Translations under genes and position numbers: made by a program
The notes under the pieces: model-generated
Database searches by the model: none
Seen by the model: the letters and a program-made list of their open reading frames with translations, nothing else
What the model was told of the DNA's origin: nothing
Shown here: positions 7,930-16,273 of the stretch, in pieces
How the letters are laid out: each line of letters opens with the position of its first letter
How positions within the stretch are numbered: position 1 is the stretch's first letter
Assembly (NCBI GenBank): GCA_965224465.1
Contig: OZ245049.1
Span: forward strand, 2,430,001-2,462,000
Length of the DNA stretch: 32,000 nucleotides
Direction of reading: 5' to 3'
Source: Flavobacteriaceae bacterium
GTDB lineage: Bacteria > Bacteroidota > Bacteroidia > Flavobacteriales > Flavobacteriaceae

Positions 7930-9911
7930 AAATAGTACTATTCGGTCCAGAATCCACAGGTAAAACCACCTTATCTAGGCAATTGTCTCGTTATTACAAT
8001 ACGGTATGGGTTCCGGAATACGCACGTGAATACTTACAAAACAAGTGGAACAACGAGCGAAAAACTTGTGAAAATTCAGATTTACTCCCTATAGCTATTG
8101 GGCAAATGACCCTAGAAAACGATTTGGCAACAAAGGCAAATCAAGTACTTATATGCGATACAGACTTACTTGAGACCAAAGTCTATTCTCAAGAATTTTA
8201 CGGAGGCTTTGTAGATCCATTATTGGACAAAATATCGAAAGAAAACACCTACAACCTCTACCTACTTACTTATATAGACATTCCTTGGGAAGCCGATGAC
8301 CTAAGAGATCAATCCGAAAACAGAAAAACAATGTTCAATGCATTTGAACAAGCATTAATCACCAATAACAGACCTTATATCTTATTAAAAGGCGATAAAA
8401 AAACACGCTTAAAAACGGCCATAAAAGCCATCGATAATATATTAAAACTAAAAACTATGTATAGCGAAATAGCCCTTAAAAACCTAACTAACAAAGGAAT
8501 TTCTCTCACGAAACTACAAGAACAACTCAACTGTTTTAAAAAAAACAATTTCCACATCCATGTAAAAAATGTCGCAACTCCCAGCAATGGTGTCTTGCAA
8601 TACACCCAAAGCGAACAAGATGCTTTTATTACACGGTACCAACAAGAGCAAACCAAGTTAGACATTCTTAAATTTGTACCTGCTTCAGGTGCAGCTACAC
8701 GCATGTTTAGCGAATTGTATCAATTTGTTGAATCTAGCGAAGAGACTCCTTACATTCACATCTTTTTCGAACACCTAAAATCTTTTGCTTTTTACCCCGA
8801 AGTGATTCATCAACTGCGATTAAAGCACAGTACTTTTGATATCACAGATACTGAGAGTAAGATTGAATTTATAAACGTACTCTTACACAAAGACTACATG
8901 AATTTTGGAAAACTCCCCAAAGGACTAATTCCATTCCACTGCCACAAAAACGAAGCCTACACTCCTGCGCAAGAACATGTAGTAGAATTAGCATTGTACG
9001 CCAAAGGAAAAGGAAACCGAACAAACATCCATTTTACGGTAAGCGAAGCACATGTAAAGCTATTTAAAAAACACCTATCAGACAGCACTCATAACATTCA
9101 CTATTCCGTACAAAAGACATCCACAGAAACCATTGCTGTAGACAAAAACAACCTTCCAATTACACAAGCTGATGGAAGTTTCCTTTTCAGACCTGGAGGA
9201 CATGGCGCCTTAATTGAAAACTTAAACGATTTAGATGCAGATCTAATATTTGTAAAAAACATAGACAATGTGTGTACACAAAAACAGAACAAAACCACTG
9301 TTAGATTCAAACAAGTACTAGCAGGAAAACTGCTCGAAATACAAAAGGAAATATTTGAGCTATTGGTAGCGTTAGAACATAAGCTTCCGACCGAACGCTT
9401 AGAGAGCATTCAGGAAATAATCAGCCAGAAACTACAATTAAAGAGTTCTAAAACTCTTATCCAACAAGAACTTATCGCTATTTTAAACCGTCCAATCCGC
9501 GTCTGTGGAATGGTCAAAAACTTAGGAGAACCTGGAGGAGGCCCATTTTGGGTAACCGAAAACACGCTAAGTCAATTGCAAATTATTGAAAAATCACAAA
9601 TCGATATTTCAGACAAATCACAAGTTGATATCTTAGAATCTGCTACGCATTTTAACCCTGTAGATCTAGTCTGTGCAACTAAAAATTACAAAGGAGAGAA
9701 ATTCGATTTAAACAATTTCACAAATAAAAATGCGGTCTTTATCTCTGAAAAAACAATTGAGGGAATCCCTATAAAAGCATTGGAATTACCAGGGTTATGG
9801 AATGGAGCCATGTCTAATTGGACCACCCTCTTTGTAGAAGTCCCTATAGAAACATTCAACCCTGTAAAAACGGTAAACGACTTATTAAAGCCAGCACATC
9901 AATCAAAATAA
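7890..9911 (+). CDS. Single 673-aa ORF fusing an NadR-type P-loop ATPase (ribosylnicotinamide-kinase-like, about aa 1-190) to a DUF4301-like domain (about aa 190-673)
   Basis: The N-terminal part has the P-loop GPESTGKTT and the motifs VPEYAREY and LICDTDLLET, as in NadR C-terminal kinases. The remainder (MYSEIALKN...FVPASGAATRMF...RPGGHGAL...VCGMVKNLGEPGGGPFW) matches my memory of DUF4301. There is no stop codon between the two parts. The ORF overlaps the pnuC 3' end by 40 nt. Confidence 0.7.
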   Translation: MEEKLRQTATEVLKIVLFGPESTGKTTLSRQLSRYYNTVWVPEYAREYLQNKWNNERKTCENSDLLPIAIGQMTLENDLATKANQVLICDTDLLETKVYSQEFYGGFVDPLLDKISKENTYNLYLLTYIDIPWEADDLRDQSENRKTMFNAFEQALITNNRPYILLKGDKKTRLKTAIKAIDNILKLKTMYSEIALKNLTNKGISLTKLQEQLNCFKKNNFHIHVKNVATPSNGVLQYTQSEQDAFITRYQQEQTKLDILKFVPASGAATRMFSELYQFVESSEETPYIHIFFEHLKSFAFYPEVIHQLRLKHSTFDITDTESKIEFINVLLHKDYMNFGKLPKGLIPFHCHKNEAYTPAQEHVVELALYAKGKGNRTNIHFTVSEAHVKLFKKHLSDSTHNIHYSVQKTSTETIAVDKNNLPITQADGSFLFRPGGHGALIENLNDLDADLIFVKNIDNVCTQKQNKTTVRFKQVLAGKLLEIQKEIFELLVALEHKLPTERLESIQEIISQKLQLKSSKTLIQQELIAILNRPIRVCGMVKNLGEPGGGPFWVTENTLSQLQIIEKSQIDISDKSQVDILESATHFNPVDLVCATKNYKGEKFDLNNFTNKNAVFISEKTIEGIPIKALELPGLWNGAMSNWTTLFVEVPIETFNPVKTVNDLLKPAHQSK

Positions 9912-9912
9912 G

Positions 9913-10317
9913 ATGAACAAAACACTACTTTTAACAGAACTCATTTTTAAAGCCATTCGCAGTGGTGGCGCAGGCGGACAACACGTTAATAAGGTCTCGT
10001 CAAAAGTAGTGTTATCTTTTTCCGTCCTTGCATCCAATGGACTCAACGAAGATGAAAAAGCATTGCTCTTAAAAAACTTAAACACAAAACTCACAACAGC
10101 TAAAATATTATCCCTGAGCTGTGACGAAAGCCGCAGCCAACATCGGAATAAAGAACTGGTAATTGATCGTTTTTTTAAAACCTTAAAGAAGGCCTTGTTT
10201 GTGCCAAAATTTCGTAAAAAAACCAAACCGAGTAAATCATCCATCAGAAGACGACTGGAACATAAAAAAAAGCAAGCATACAAAAAGGTTTTACGAAAAA
10301 AAACAAATAACTATTAA
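9913..10317 (+). CDS. arfB: Alternative ribosome-rescue factor ArfB (peptidyl-tRNA hydrolase, GGQ domain)
   Basis: 134-aa ORF with RSGGAGGQHVNKVSSKV (the GGQ motif) and a very basic C-terminal tail. Confidence 0.85.
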   Translation: MNKTLLLTELIFKAIRSGGAGGQHVNKVSSKVVLSFSVLASNGLNEDEKALLLKNLNTKLTTAKILSLSCDESRSQHRNKELVIDRFFKTLKKALFVPKFRKKTKPSKSSIRRRLEHKKKQAYKKVLRKKTNNY

Positions 10318-10403
10318 ACAAGAACACCTTTAATTTAAATCACCTTTAAATAGATTTCCAAAGCATCAGATCTGTCAATTAAAGAAATGCTTGACCGTAT
10401 TTT

Positions 10404-11186
10404 TTAAAACACAAAAACCATTCCTGTCTTTACAGAAACCACAGGCATTCTCTCTCTAAAAGCAGCCAAAGCCTCTACAGACGTACAATGTGAAGGACAC
10501 ACCGTTTTAATCCCTAATTCCAACATAAAATCAATGGTTTTTTGAGTCTGTTGGTTCTTGTATTTTAAATGAAACCCTCCTACTAAGGCTTTCACTTTAG
10601 AAACTCCAGTGACTTGCATAGCATAGGAAATTATATTACAAATCCCAGCATGCGAACAAGCCGTAACTATAATCAATTCCCCTTGATCTACCACAGCGAT
10701 CGCAGAATCATCTAACACATAATCCTCTTGCATATGAGCATCTACAAAGTCTGTTGTTTTTGATTCAAAATCGTGCAATCGGGGGATTTCACCAAGAAAA
10801 AAAAATCCTGGATAGATTTCTAAGGGAACTTTTGTTAACTTCAACTCAAACCTCCTTCTAATTTCCGTTTCATTCAAACACAATCCAAGGCTCGACCCAT
10901 CTTTTTTTCGATACCTTTTGATAAAGGAACCTGGATGTGTAATTAATTTTTTATTTGATAAAAAGCGCAAACCATTTCCATGATCCCAATGCCCATGACT
11001 TAAAATAATAGTGTCAACTTCCTTTACAATATCAAACCCTAAACCATGTGCGTTTTTCAAAAACACATCCGTATGCCCTGTATCAAACAGCACACAATTT
11101 CCTTGGTATTCAATAAAATAAGAAAGCCCATGCTCTGCCAAATAACCAGGACCCGCATTATTTTCTGTTAAAACTGATAATCTCAT
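10404..11186 (-). CDS. MBL-fold metallo-hydrolase
   Basis: 260-aa ORF with the HGHWDHGNG (HxHxDH) motif and downstream His and Asp/Cys ligand positions. Confidence 0.8.
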   Translation of the reverse strand: MRLSVLTENNAGPGYLAEHGLSYFIEYQGNCVLFDTGHTDVFLKNAHGLGFDIVKEVDTIILSHGHWDHGNGLRFLSNKKLITHPGSFIKRYRKKDGSSLGLCLNETEIRRRFELKLTKVPLEIYPGFFFLGEIPRLHDFESKTTDFVDAHMQEDYVLDDSAIAVVDQGELIIVTACSHAGICNIISYAMQVTGVSKVKALVGGFHLKYKNQQTQKTIDFMLELGIKTVCPSHCTSVEALAAFRERMPVVSVKTGMVFVF

Positions 11187-11192
11187 AGTAAT

Positions 11193-11603
11193 TTAACGTT
11201 TAAAATAGGGTAAAAATACTTCTTTTACAAAATCAGGAATCTGAACAGGGGTTCTTTTTATCATATCCACAAAAACAACTGTAGACAAAGCCGTACTCAC
11301 AAGTTGGTTCTTATTGTTTAAAACCTCAAATTCAAACTCTAACCTTACTTTTGGCATCACAGAGATCGAAGTATTTATAGTCAATAACTCATCATAAAAA
11401 ATGGGTGTTTTATAAATTATATCAAATGAGATTACGGGTAACATAAGGTGATGTTTTTCTAACATGGCATCTTCAATACCAAGTCCCCTCAACAATTCTG
11501 TTCGTGCTTGATGGCAATAGCTAACATAATTGGCATGATACACATAGCCCATTTTATCAACCTCTCCATAGCGTGTTCTCAATTGAAATTCAGCTGTAAT
11601 CAT
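11193..11603 (-). CDS. Acyl-CoA thioesterase (4HBT/YbgC hot-dog fold)
   Basis: 136-aa ORF. The N-terminal RTRYGEVDKMGYVYHANY motif is typical of the YbgC/4HBT family. Confidence 0.8.
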   Translation of the reverse strand: MITAEFQLRTRYGEVDKMGYVYHANYVSYCHQARTELLRGLGIEDAMLEKHHLMLPVISFDIIYKTPIFYDELLTINTSISVMPKVRLEFEFEVLNNKNQLVSTALSTVVFVDMIKRTPVQIPDFVKEVFLPYFKR

Positions 11604-11743
11604 CCTATTATTAATGTATTAAAATTTTATAAAACCCTTTTAAACTCCTCCACAACCTCCCTCTACAATGGAGCCGAACAATTAATATCATACAAAAAAC
11701 ACATCGATCTATTTCTAAATAGACTTGAGAATTATATGTAATA

Positions 11744-11912
11744 CCAATACATTTCCAAGTGACGTTTTAGAAATGGAATTATTTTTTGTTAATTCTAAAA
11801 AAGAACTTTCGGTAACAACCGCTATCGTACTATTTATCAACAACAACAAAAGAACAAAAAGACTTAGCTTACATCGATCCTTTAAATATGCTTTTAGCAC
11901 AATAGCAATTGA
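11744..11912 (-). repeat. Intergenic palindromic repeat family, copy D (the most diverged copy)
   Basis: The reverse-complement 3' half is near consensus: ...aacaaaaaataattccatttctaaaacgtcacttggaaatgtattggtattac. The 5' half (tcaattgctatt...cgatgtaagctaagtctttttgtt...agtacgatagc) is recognisable but carries indels. Confidence 0.7.
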
Positions 11913-11924
11913 ACCTTCCCTAAT

Positions 11925-12272
11925 TTAGCAATCGTGATCGCAATGGTTTAAAGAAGTACTAAACGCACCATCTAAATAACCATTCACTAAAATCGAAGCT
12001 TTTAACCCCGGCGCGCCAGTGACCACATGAATATCTAGGGCACTCAATAATTTCAAAGCTTTTTTCCCAATCCCCCCTGAGATAACATCGGTCACATTGT
12101 ATCCAGCTAACCACTTCGGCAATACTCCAGGCGCATGTGGAGGTGCTTTTACATTCACTTTTTTTATGATTTTTTTATTCTCTATAGCTACTATTTCAAA
12201 AAATACACTATGTCCAAAATGCCCGTCGAGCATTCCGTTTTCGTCAACCGGTATTGCTATCGTTTTTATCAT
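11925..12272 (-). CDS. NifB/NifX-family (dinitrogenase FeMo-cofactor-binding domain) protein
   Basis: 115-aa ORF. IAIPVDENGMLDGHFGHS..F and VISGGIGKKALKLL are typical of the Nitro_FeMo-Co domain. It has a Cys/His-rich C-terminus (NHCDHDC). Confidence 0.75.
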   Translation of the reverse strand: MIKTIAIPVDENGMLDGHFGHSVFFEIVAIENKKIIKKVNVKAPPHAPGVLPKWLAGYNVTDVISGGIGKKALKLLSALDIHVVTGAPGLKASILVNGYLDGAFSTSLNHCDHDC

Positions 12273-12274
12273 AT

Positions 12275-12604
12275 CTAGTTGTTTTTATTCGTTTTTAACC
12301 GTTCAATAATAGTTCCCACTAACAATTCTTCTTCTTGGACAACTACCATTTGAACCTCAAATTTATCTAACATTTCTTTTCCTTTAAACCCGAAATCTCC
12401 AGAAATCACTTTTTTAACACCAAGTGCAACCATTGTTTCGGCAGCCATAATCCCAGCGCCTGTTTTTACTCCAATATTTGAATTTTCAACAAACAAAACT
12501 TTTTGTAATTCGTCGTCATAAACACAAAACCATGATGCCCTACCAAAACGCATATCAAATTGATTCGTAATTGCATCCCCCGATGCGGTAATAACTATTT
12601 TCAT
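12275..12604 (-). CDS. NifB/NifX-family (FeMo-cofactor-binding domain) protein, second paralog
   Basis: 109-aa ORF. The RFGRASWFCVYD and VISGDFG motifs belong to the same domain family. Its start lies only 1 nt from the upstream gene's stop, and its stop only 2 nt from the downstream gene's start. Confidence 0.7.
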   Translation of the reverse strand: MKIVITASGDAITNQFDMRFGRASWFCVYDDELQKVLFVENSNIGVKTGAGIMAAETMVALGVKKVISGDFGFKGKEMLDKFEVQMVVVQEEELLVGTIIERLKTNKNN

Positions 12605-12605
12605 C

Positions 12606-13010
12606 TTATTTATTTATTAAGCCTATCCGTCCCGAGGCACATATTGCACATGAATGATTCACTATCGATTTTGGAATGGTAAACTTAGCATGGCATTCCT
12701 CACACTCATACCAGTTCTTATCCAAAACAGCATGCCCATAAACAGCCCTTATTTCTTTTACCTCAACCAAAGCACTGGCTATTTTCCTACGAGCCTTCTC
12801 ATATATCCTTGCAAAAGTAGATCTAGATATCCCCATTACAGATGCTGCCTCAGCATGATTCATCAATTCATAATCTGCCAACTTTAAAGCTTCAAACTCT
12901 TCGTAAAACAACTCTAAATAATCCTCAGAACTACCCCCTACTCCATAAGGCTTAAAACCTTTAAACTTAGGTGGAGCAACTACTTTTCTTAACGTTCTAG
13001 GTCTTGACAT
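12606..13010 (-). CDS. DUF134 (UPF0251) family putative DNA-binding protein with a C-terminal CxxC..CxxC zinc-ribbon-like tail
   Basis: MSRPRTLRKVVAPPKFKGFKPYG...EEFEALKLADYELMNHAEAASVMGISRSTFARIYEKARRKIA is the classic DUF134 pattern. I place the start at the Met at 13010, because the longer ORF to 13076 adds a non-conserved hydrophobic extension. Confidence 0.75.
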   Translation of the reverse strand: MSRPRTLRKVVAPPKFKGFKPYGVGGSSEDYLELFYEEFEALKLADYELMNHAEAASVMGISRSTFARIYEKARRKIASALVEVKEIRAVYGHAVLDKNWYECEECHAKFTIPKSIVNHSCAICASGRIGLINK

Positions 13011-13142
13011 ATACCAATATAAATGTTTTAGGAATATTCCCACAACAAAAGTAATGAGAATATTCTCATTAATCATGATTTAAAATAGTTTTTTTTCAAA
13101 AACACCTACACAAGGAAGCAACAGTGATAAAGCAAGATTAAA

Positions 13143-13298
13143 CATCGAAGAATCCAAAACAACAGATATACATAGTTTATTTACGTTTTAGCCTTGTTAA
13201 AAAACAGAACGGTAACTAAGGCTATCCTTCCACTTTCCGACTAGCTAAAACAAAAAACAACTCCATTTCTAAACCGTCACTTGGAAATGTAATTGATG
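13143..13298 (+). repeat. Intergenic palindromic repeat family, copy E
   Basis: ...aatccaaaacaacagatatacatagtttatttacgttttagccttgttaaaaaacagaacggtaactaaggctatccttcc...ctagctaaaacaaaaaacaactccatttctaaaccgtcacttggaaatgtaattgatg. Confidence 0.8.
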
Positions 13299-13387
13299 TA
13301 TAGATCAATATATTAAAGATAAAACAACGCTAAAATAAAGGACAGAAGAATATCTCAAAAAACAACAATCATAAAGAAAAAACAAAG

Positions 13388-13395
13388 TACATTTG
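13388..13395 (+). promoter_or_regulatory. Candidate -7 promoter box (TAcaTTTG) driving the TPP riboswitch leader
   Basis: Exact TAnnTTTG match, about 10-15 nt upstream of the start of the riboswitch. Confidence 0.45.
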
Positions 13396-13404
13396 CAGTC
13401 AATC

Positions 13405-13480
13405 TCATAAGGGGTGCCGTAAGGCTGAGATCACACCCATCGAACCTAGAACAGGCAATGCTGTTTAGGGAAATCACGTA
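13405..13480 (+). promoter_or_regulatory. TPP (THI-box) riboswitch
   Basis: The sequence ggggtgccgtaaggctgagatcacacccatcgaacctagaacaggcaatgctgtttagggaa contains the conserved GGGGTGC, GCTGAGA, ACCC, GAACCT and TAGGGAA elements in the canonical order. It sits in the 5' leader of a TonB-dependent receptor. Confidence 0.85.
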
Positions 13481-13560
13481 CTATTTAGATATAGTCCAGG
13501 GAAGGTATATTATCAAACATCGATTAATCACCTCTTTTTATTCGTTTTATTTTAAAAAAA

Positions 13561-15924
13561 ATGAGACACCAAACTCTAATTATTGTGCTATTTGCACTCG
13601 TGATATCTACTTTTACAATAGATGCACAAACGTTCAATCTTAGTGGAAAAGTATTGAATCAAAACAAAGAAGCATTGGCAGGAGCTAGTGTAATTATCGC
13701 TAATAAAAGCCAAGGAACAACCACCAATTTCAAAGGTGAATACACGCTAAAACTAAGCAAAGGGAGCCATCAAATTACCGTAAGTTATATCGGTTACACA
13801 TCCAAAAAAACACAGCTAACTATTTCAAAAAACACCCTTCTTAACATCACTTTATCTGGAAACATAGAAAGTTTAGATGAAGTTATGGTAAATGCAGTCC
13901 GTGTAAAAGGAAATGCCCCTATTACCTATTCCAACATCAATAAAAAAGAATTAGAAAAGCGTAATTTAGGGCAAGATATCCCTACCTTATTAAACTTTTT
14001 ACCTTCGGTAGTTACTACTTCCGATGCGGGTGCAGGTGTAGGATATTCTGGAATTCGAGTACGTGGTAGTGATGCAACCCGTGTAAACATTACTATTAAT
14101 GGAATTCCTTATAATGATGCCGAAAGCCAAGGAACATACTGGGTAAATATGCCCGATTTTGCTTCTTCTACAGAAAGCATACAATTGCAACGTGGCGTAG
14201 GAACTTCTACCAATGGATCTGGTGCTTTTGGAGCCAGTATAAATATATTGACCAATGCTGTCTCAACAGAGCCATATGGAGAAATAAGCAGTTCATTTGG
14301 TTCTTATAATACTCAAAAACATACGGTAAAATTTAGTACTGGTCTATTGAACGATCGTATTGAAATAGCAGGAAGATTATCAAAAATAGATTCCGACGGA
14401 TACATAGATCGTGCTTGGAGTGATCTTAAATCATATTTCTTACAAGCAACTTATATAGATGACAACACAACAATCAAAGCCTTGACATTTGGAGGTCACG
14501 AAAAAACATACCAAGCTTGGGGAGGAATTACTAAAAAGCAACTAGAAAAGAACAGAAAACAAAATCCATATACCTATAAAAATGAGATTGACAATTACCA
14601 ACAGGATCATTTTCAATTTCACTGGAACCAACGTTATTCTGACGCTTGGTCAACCAATCTTGGATTGAACTACACAAAAGGAAAAGGATATTACGAGCAG
14701 TATAAAAAAGATCAAGACTTTGCTGATTACGACTTTACGCCTATTACCATGGGAGGAGAAACGATAAACACTACAGACTTGGTACGTCGCAGATGGTTAG
14801 ACAACAATTTTTACGTAGTAAACTTTAATACCAATTACAAAAAAGAGGGTCTAGACCTTATTGCTGGAGGTTCGTATAGCAATTACCAAGGCGATCATTT
14901 TGGAGAAGTAATATGGGCTCAAAATGCTGGAGGATCACAGTTAAGAGATCGCTATTATGAAAGTGATGCAAAAAAAATAGACAACAGCGTCTTTGCCAAA
15001 GCTACCTATAAACTAAGCGATAAACTTTCTATTTATGGAGATCTTCAAGGTAGGTTTCTAAATTACAAAACCAAAGGACAAACGTCTAAACGCGTCCCCA
15101 TTAATATAGATGCGAACTTCTCTTTCTTTAACCCAAAAGCAGGGGTTTCCTACGAATTAGACATTGATAATAGTTTTTATTTCTCTGTAGCTAGAGCCAA
15201 TAAAGAACCTAACAGAAATGATTTTGAAAACGGAATTAACCAATCGGAACAATTGACTGATTTTGAATTAGGACATCGCTTTAATAGTGCTAAAGTTCAA
15301 ATAAACACCAATGCTTATTATATGTCCTACAAAAACCAGTTAGTCCTAACAGGTGCTATCGACGACACTGGAGCTCCAGTACGTGCAACCAGTGGGAAAA
15401 GCTACAGATTAGGCTTAGAGATAGATGCAAACATTAAGGTATCAAACACGGTTACTTGGAGACCAAACCTAGCCTTAAGCAGTAATAAAAACACCGATTT
15501 TCATACCGTATTGGATGGCAAACTTACCAATTTAGGAACAACAGACTTGTCTTTTTCTCCAGATGTTATTGTTGGGAATATTTTTACCTATGCTCCGACA
15601 AGCAAATTACAATGTTCACTTCTATCAAAATATGTTAGCGAACAATTTATGGGAAATACCAGTGCTGAACAATCAAAGCTATTTGACTATTTTGTAAATG
15701 ATATAACTGCTAGTTATGTTTTTACTCCTAAAAGTATTTTTAAATCTATTACTTTAACCGCCATGGTAAATAACATTCTTAATGTGAAATATGTGTCTAA
15801 CGGCTATTATTTTACCTATGATGATACATGGACAGAAGCAGGAAAGACAACTACAATACACGGAGCTGGATACTACCCACAAGCCACTACAAACTTTTTA
15901 GCTGGCGCAACATTGAGGTTCTAG
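13561..15924 (+). CDS. TonB-dependent outer-membrane receptor with an N-terminal carboxypeptidase-regulatory-like domain; likely takes up thiamine or a thiamine precursor
   Basis: 787-aa ORF with a signal peptide, a CarbopepD_reg-like segment (GKVLNQNKEALAGASVII...GEYTLKL), a plug domain, a beta-barrel and a terminal aromatic residue (..GATLRF). The upstream TPP riboswitch is what suggests the substrate. Confidence 0.88.
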   Translation: MRHQTLIIVLFALVISTFTIDAQTFNLSGKVLNQNKEALAGASVIIANKSQGTTTNFKGEYTLKLSKGSHQITVSYIGYTSKKTQLTISKNTLLNITLSGNIESLDEVMVNAVRVKGNAPITYSNINKKELEKRNLGQDIPTLLNFLPSVVTTSDAGAGVGYSGIRVRGSDATRVNITINGIPYNDAESQGTYWVNMPDFASSTESIQLQRGVGTSTNGSGAFGASINILTNAVSTEPYGEISSSFGSYNTQKHTVKFSTGLLNDRIEIAGRLSKIDSDGYIDRAWSDLKSYFLQATYIDDNTTIKALTFGGHEKTYQAWGGITKKQLEKNRKQNPYTYKNEIDNYQQDHFQFHWNQRYSDAWSTNLGLNYTKGKGYYEQYKKDQDFADYDFTPITMGGETINTTDLVRRRWLDNNFYVVNFNTNYKKEGLDLIAGGSYSNYQGDHFGEVIWAQNAGGSQLRDRYYESDAKKIDNSVFAKATYKLSDKLSIYGDLQGRFLNYKTKGQTSKRVPINIDANFSFFNPKAGVSYELDIDNSFYFSVARANKEPNRNDFENGINQSEQLTDFELGHRFNSAKVQINTNAYYMSYKNQLVLTGAIDDTGAPVRATSGKSYRLGLEIDANIKVSNTVTWRPNLALSSNKNTDFHTVLDGKLTNLGTTDLSFSPDVIVGNIFTYAPTSKLQCSLLSKYVSEQFMGNTSAEQSKLFDYFVNDITASYVFTPKSIFKSITLTAMVNNILNVKYVSNGYYFTYDDTWTEAGKTTTIHGAGYYPQATTNFLAGATLRF

Positions 15925-15930
15925 ATTTTA

Positions 15931-15973
15931 CACCAAATGTATTTCTAAACACTCCTTTAGAAATACATTTGTG
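15931..15973 (+). terminator. Long perfect hairpin immediately after the TonB-dependent receptor stop
   Basis: caccaaatgtatttctaaa pairs with tttagaaatacatttgtg in a stem of about 17 bp with a 6-7 nt loop. No clear T-run follows. Confidence 0.55.
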
Positions 15974-15991
15974 TTATAATTAATTCTAAGT

Positions 15992-16034
15992 AAAAAAATC
16001 TAAGAGCAGCAAAAGCTATTCTTAGATTTTTTTT
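15992..16034. terminator. Bidirectional intrinsic terminator
   Basis: aaaaaaatctaaga pairs with tcttagatttttttt. The stem is flanked by an A-run and a T-run. Confidence 0.6.
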
Positions 16035-16137
16035 AACACAAAAAAGAATGCATTCAATCTGATTGACTACATTTTTGATCTGCTGCTCTGCTGCGCAAAG
16101 TCTCCCGACTTTGAGCTTTATTCTTATTTGTTACTGT

Positions 16138-16222
16138 CACGATTGTATCGTGTGACCGTAGCAGCTTATGAATTCCTAATATGAAGTCTTTTTACCTATT
16201 ACACGACTATATAGAAAACTAA
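16138..16222 (+). repeat. Roughly 85-bp direct repeat flanking the TA cassette (left copy), containing the palindrome cacgattgtatcgtg
   Basis: ctgtcacgattgtatcgtgtgaccgtagcagcttatgaattcc...tacacgactatatagaaaac aligns with 16872-16947 (ctttcacgattgtatcgtgtgatcgtagcagcttaggaatcc...tcacacgactaacctagaaac), with one internal indel block. Confidence 0.7.
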
Positions 16223-16273
16223 TAACTGCATGGTTTACTCATAGACGCTACACGATACAATCGGTAGTGGGGA

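Noticed and set aside
11715-11928. ORFs 11715-11900 (-) and 11725-11928 (+). The same judgement applies to 4729-4959 (+) and 13458-13643 (+).
   Set aside because: 11715-11900 and 11725-11928 lie inside repeat copy D. 4729-4959 starts inside repeat copy B and continues through the adjacent spacer. 13458-13643 starts in the riboswitch and runs through the leader into the start of the TonB receptor gene. All have low-complexity or hydrophobic translations and no family resemblance. The same repeat yields different spurious frames in different copies.
12606-13076. Long forms of three ORFs: the DUF134 ORF (to 13076), the ruvB ORF (to 24871) and the MBL-rhodanese ORF (to 21812)
   Set aside because: Family-typical N-termini begin at internal Met codons (13010, 24805 and 21791). 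The extensions are hydrophobic or non-conserved, and the ruvB extension runs into the flank of repeat F.
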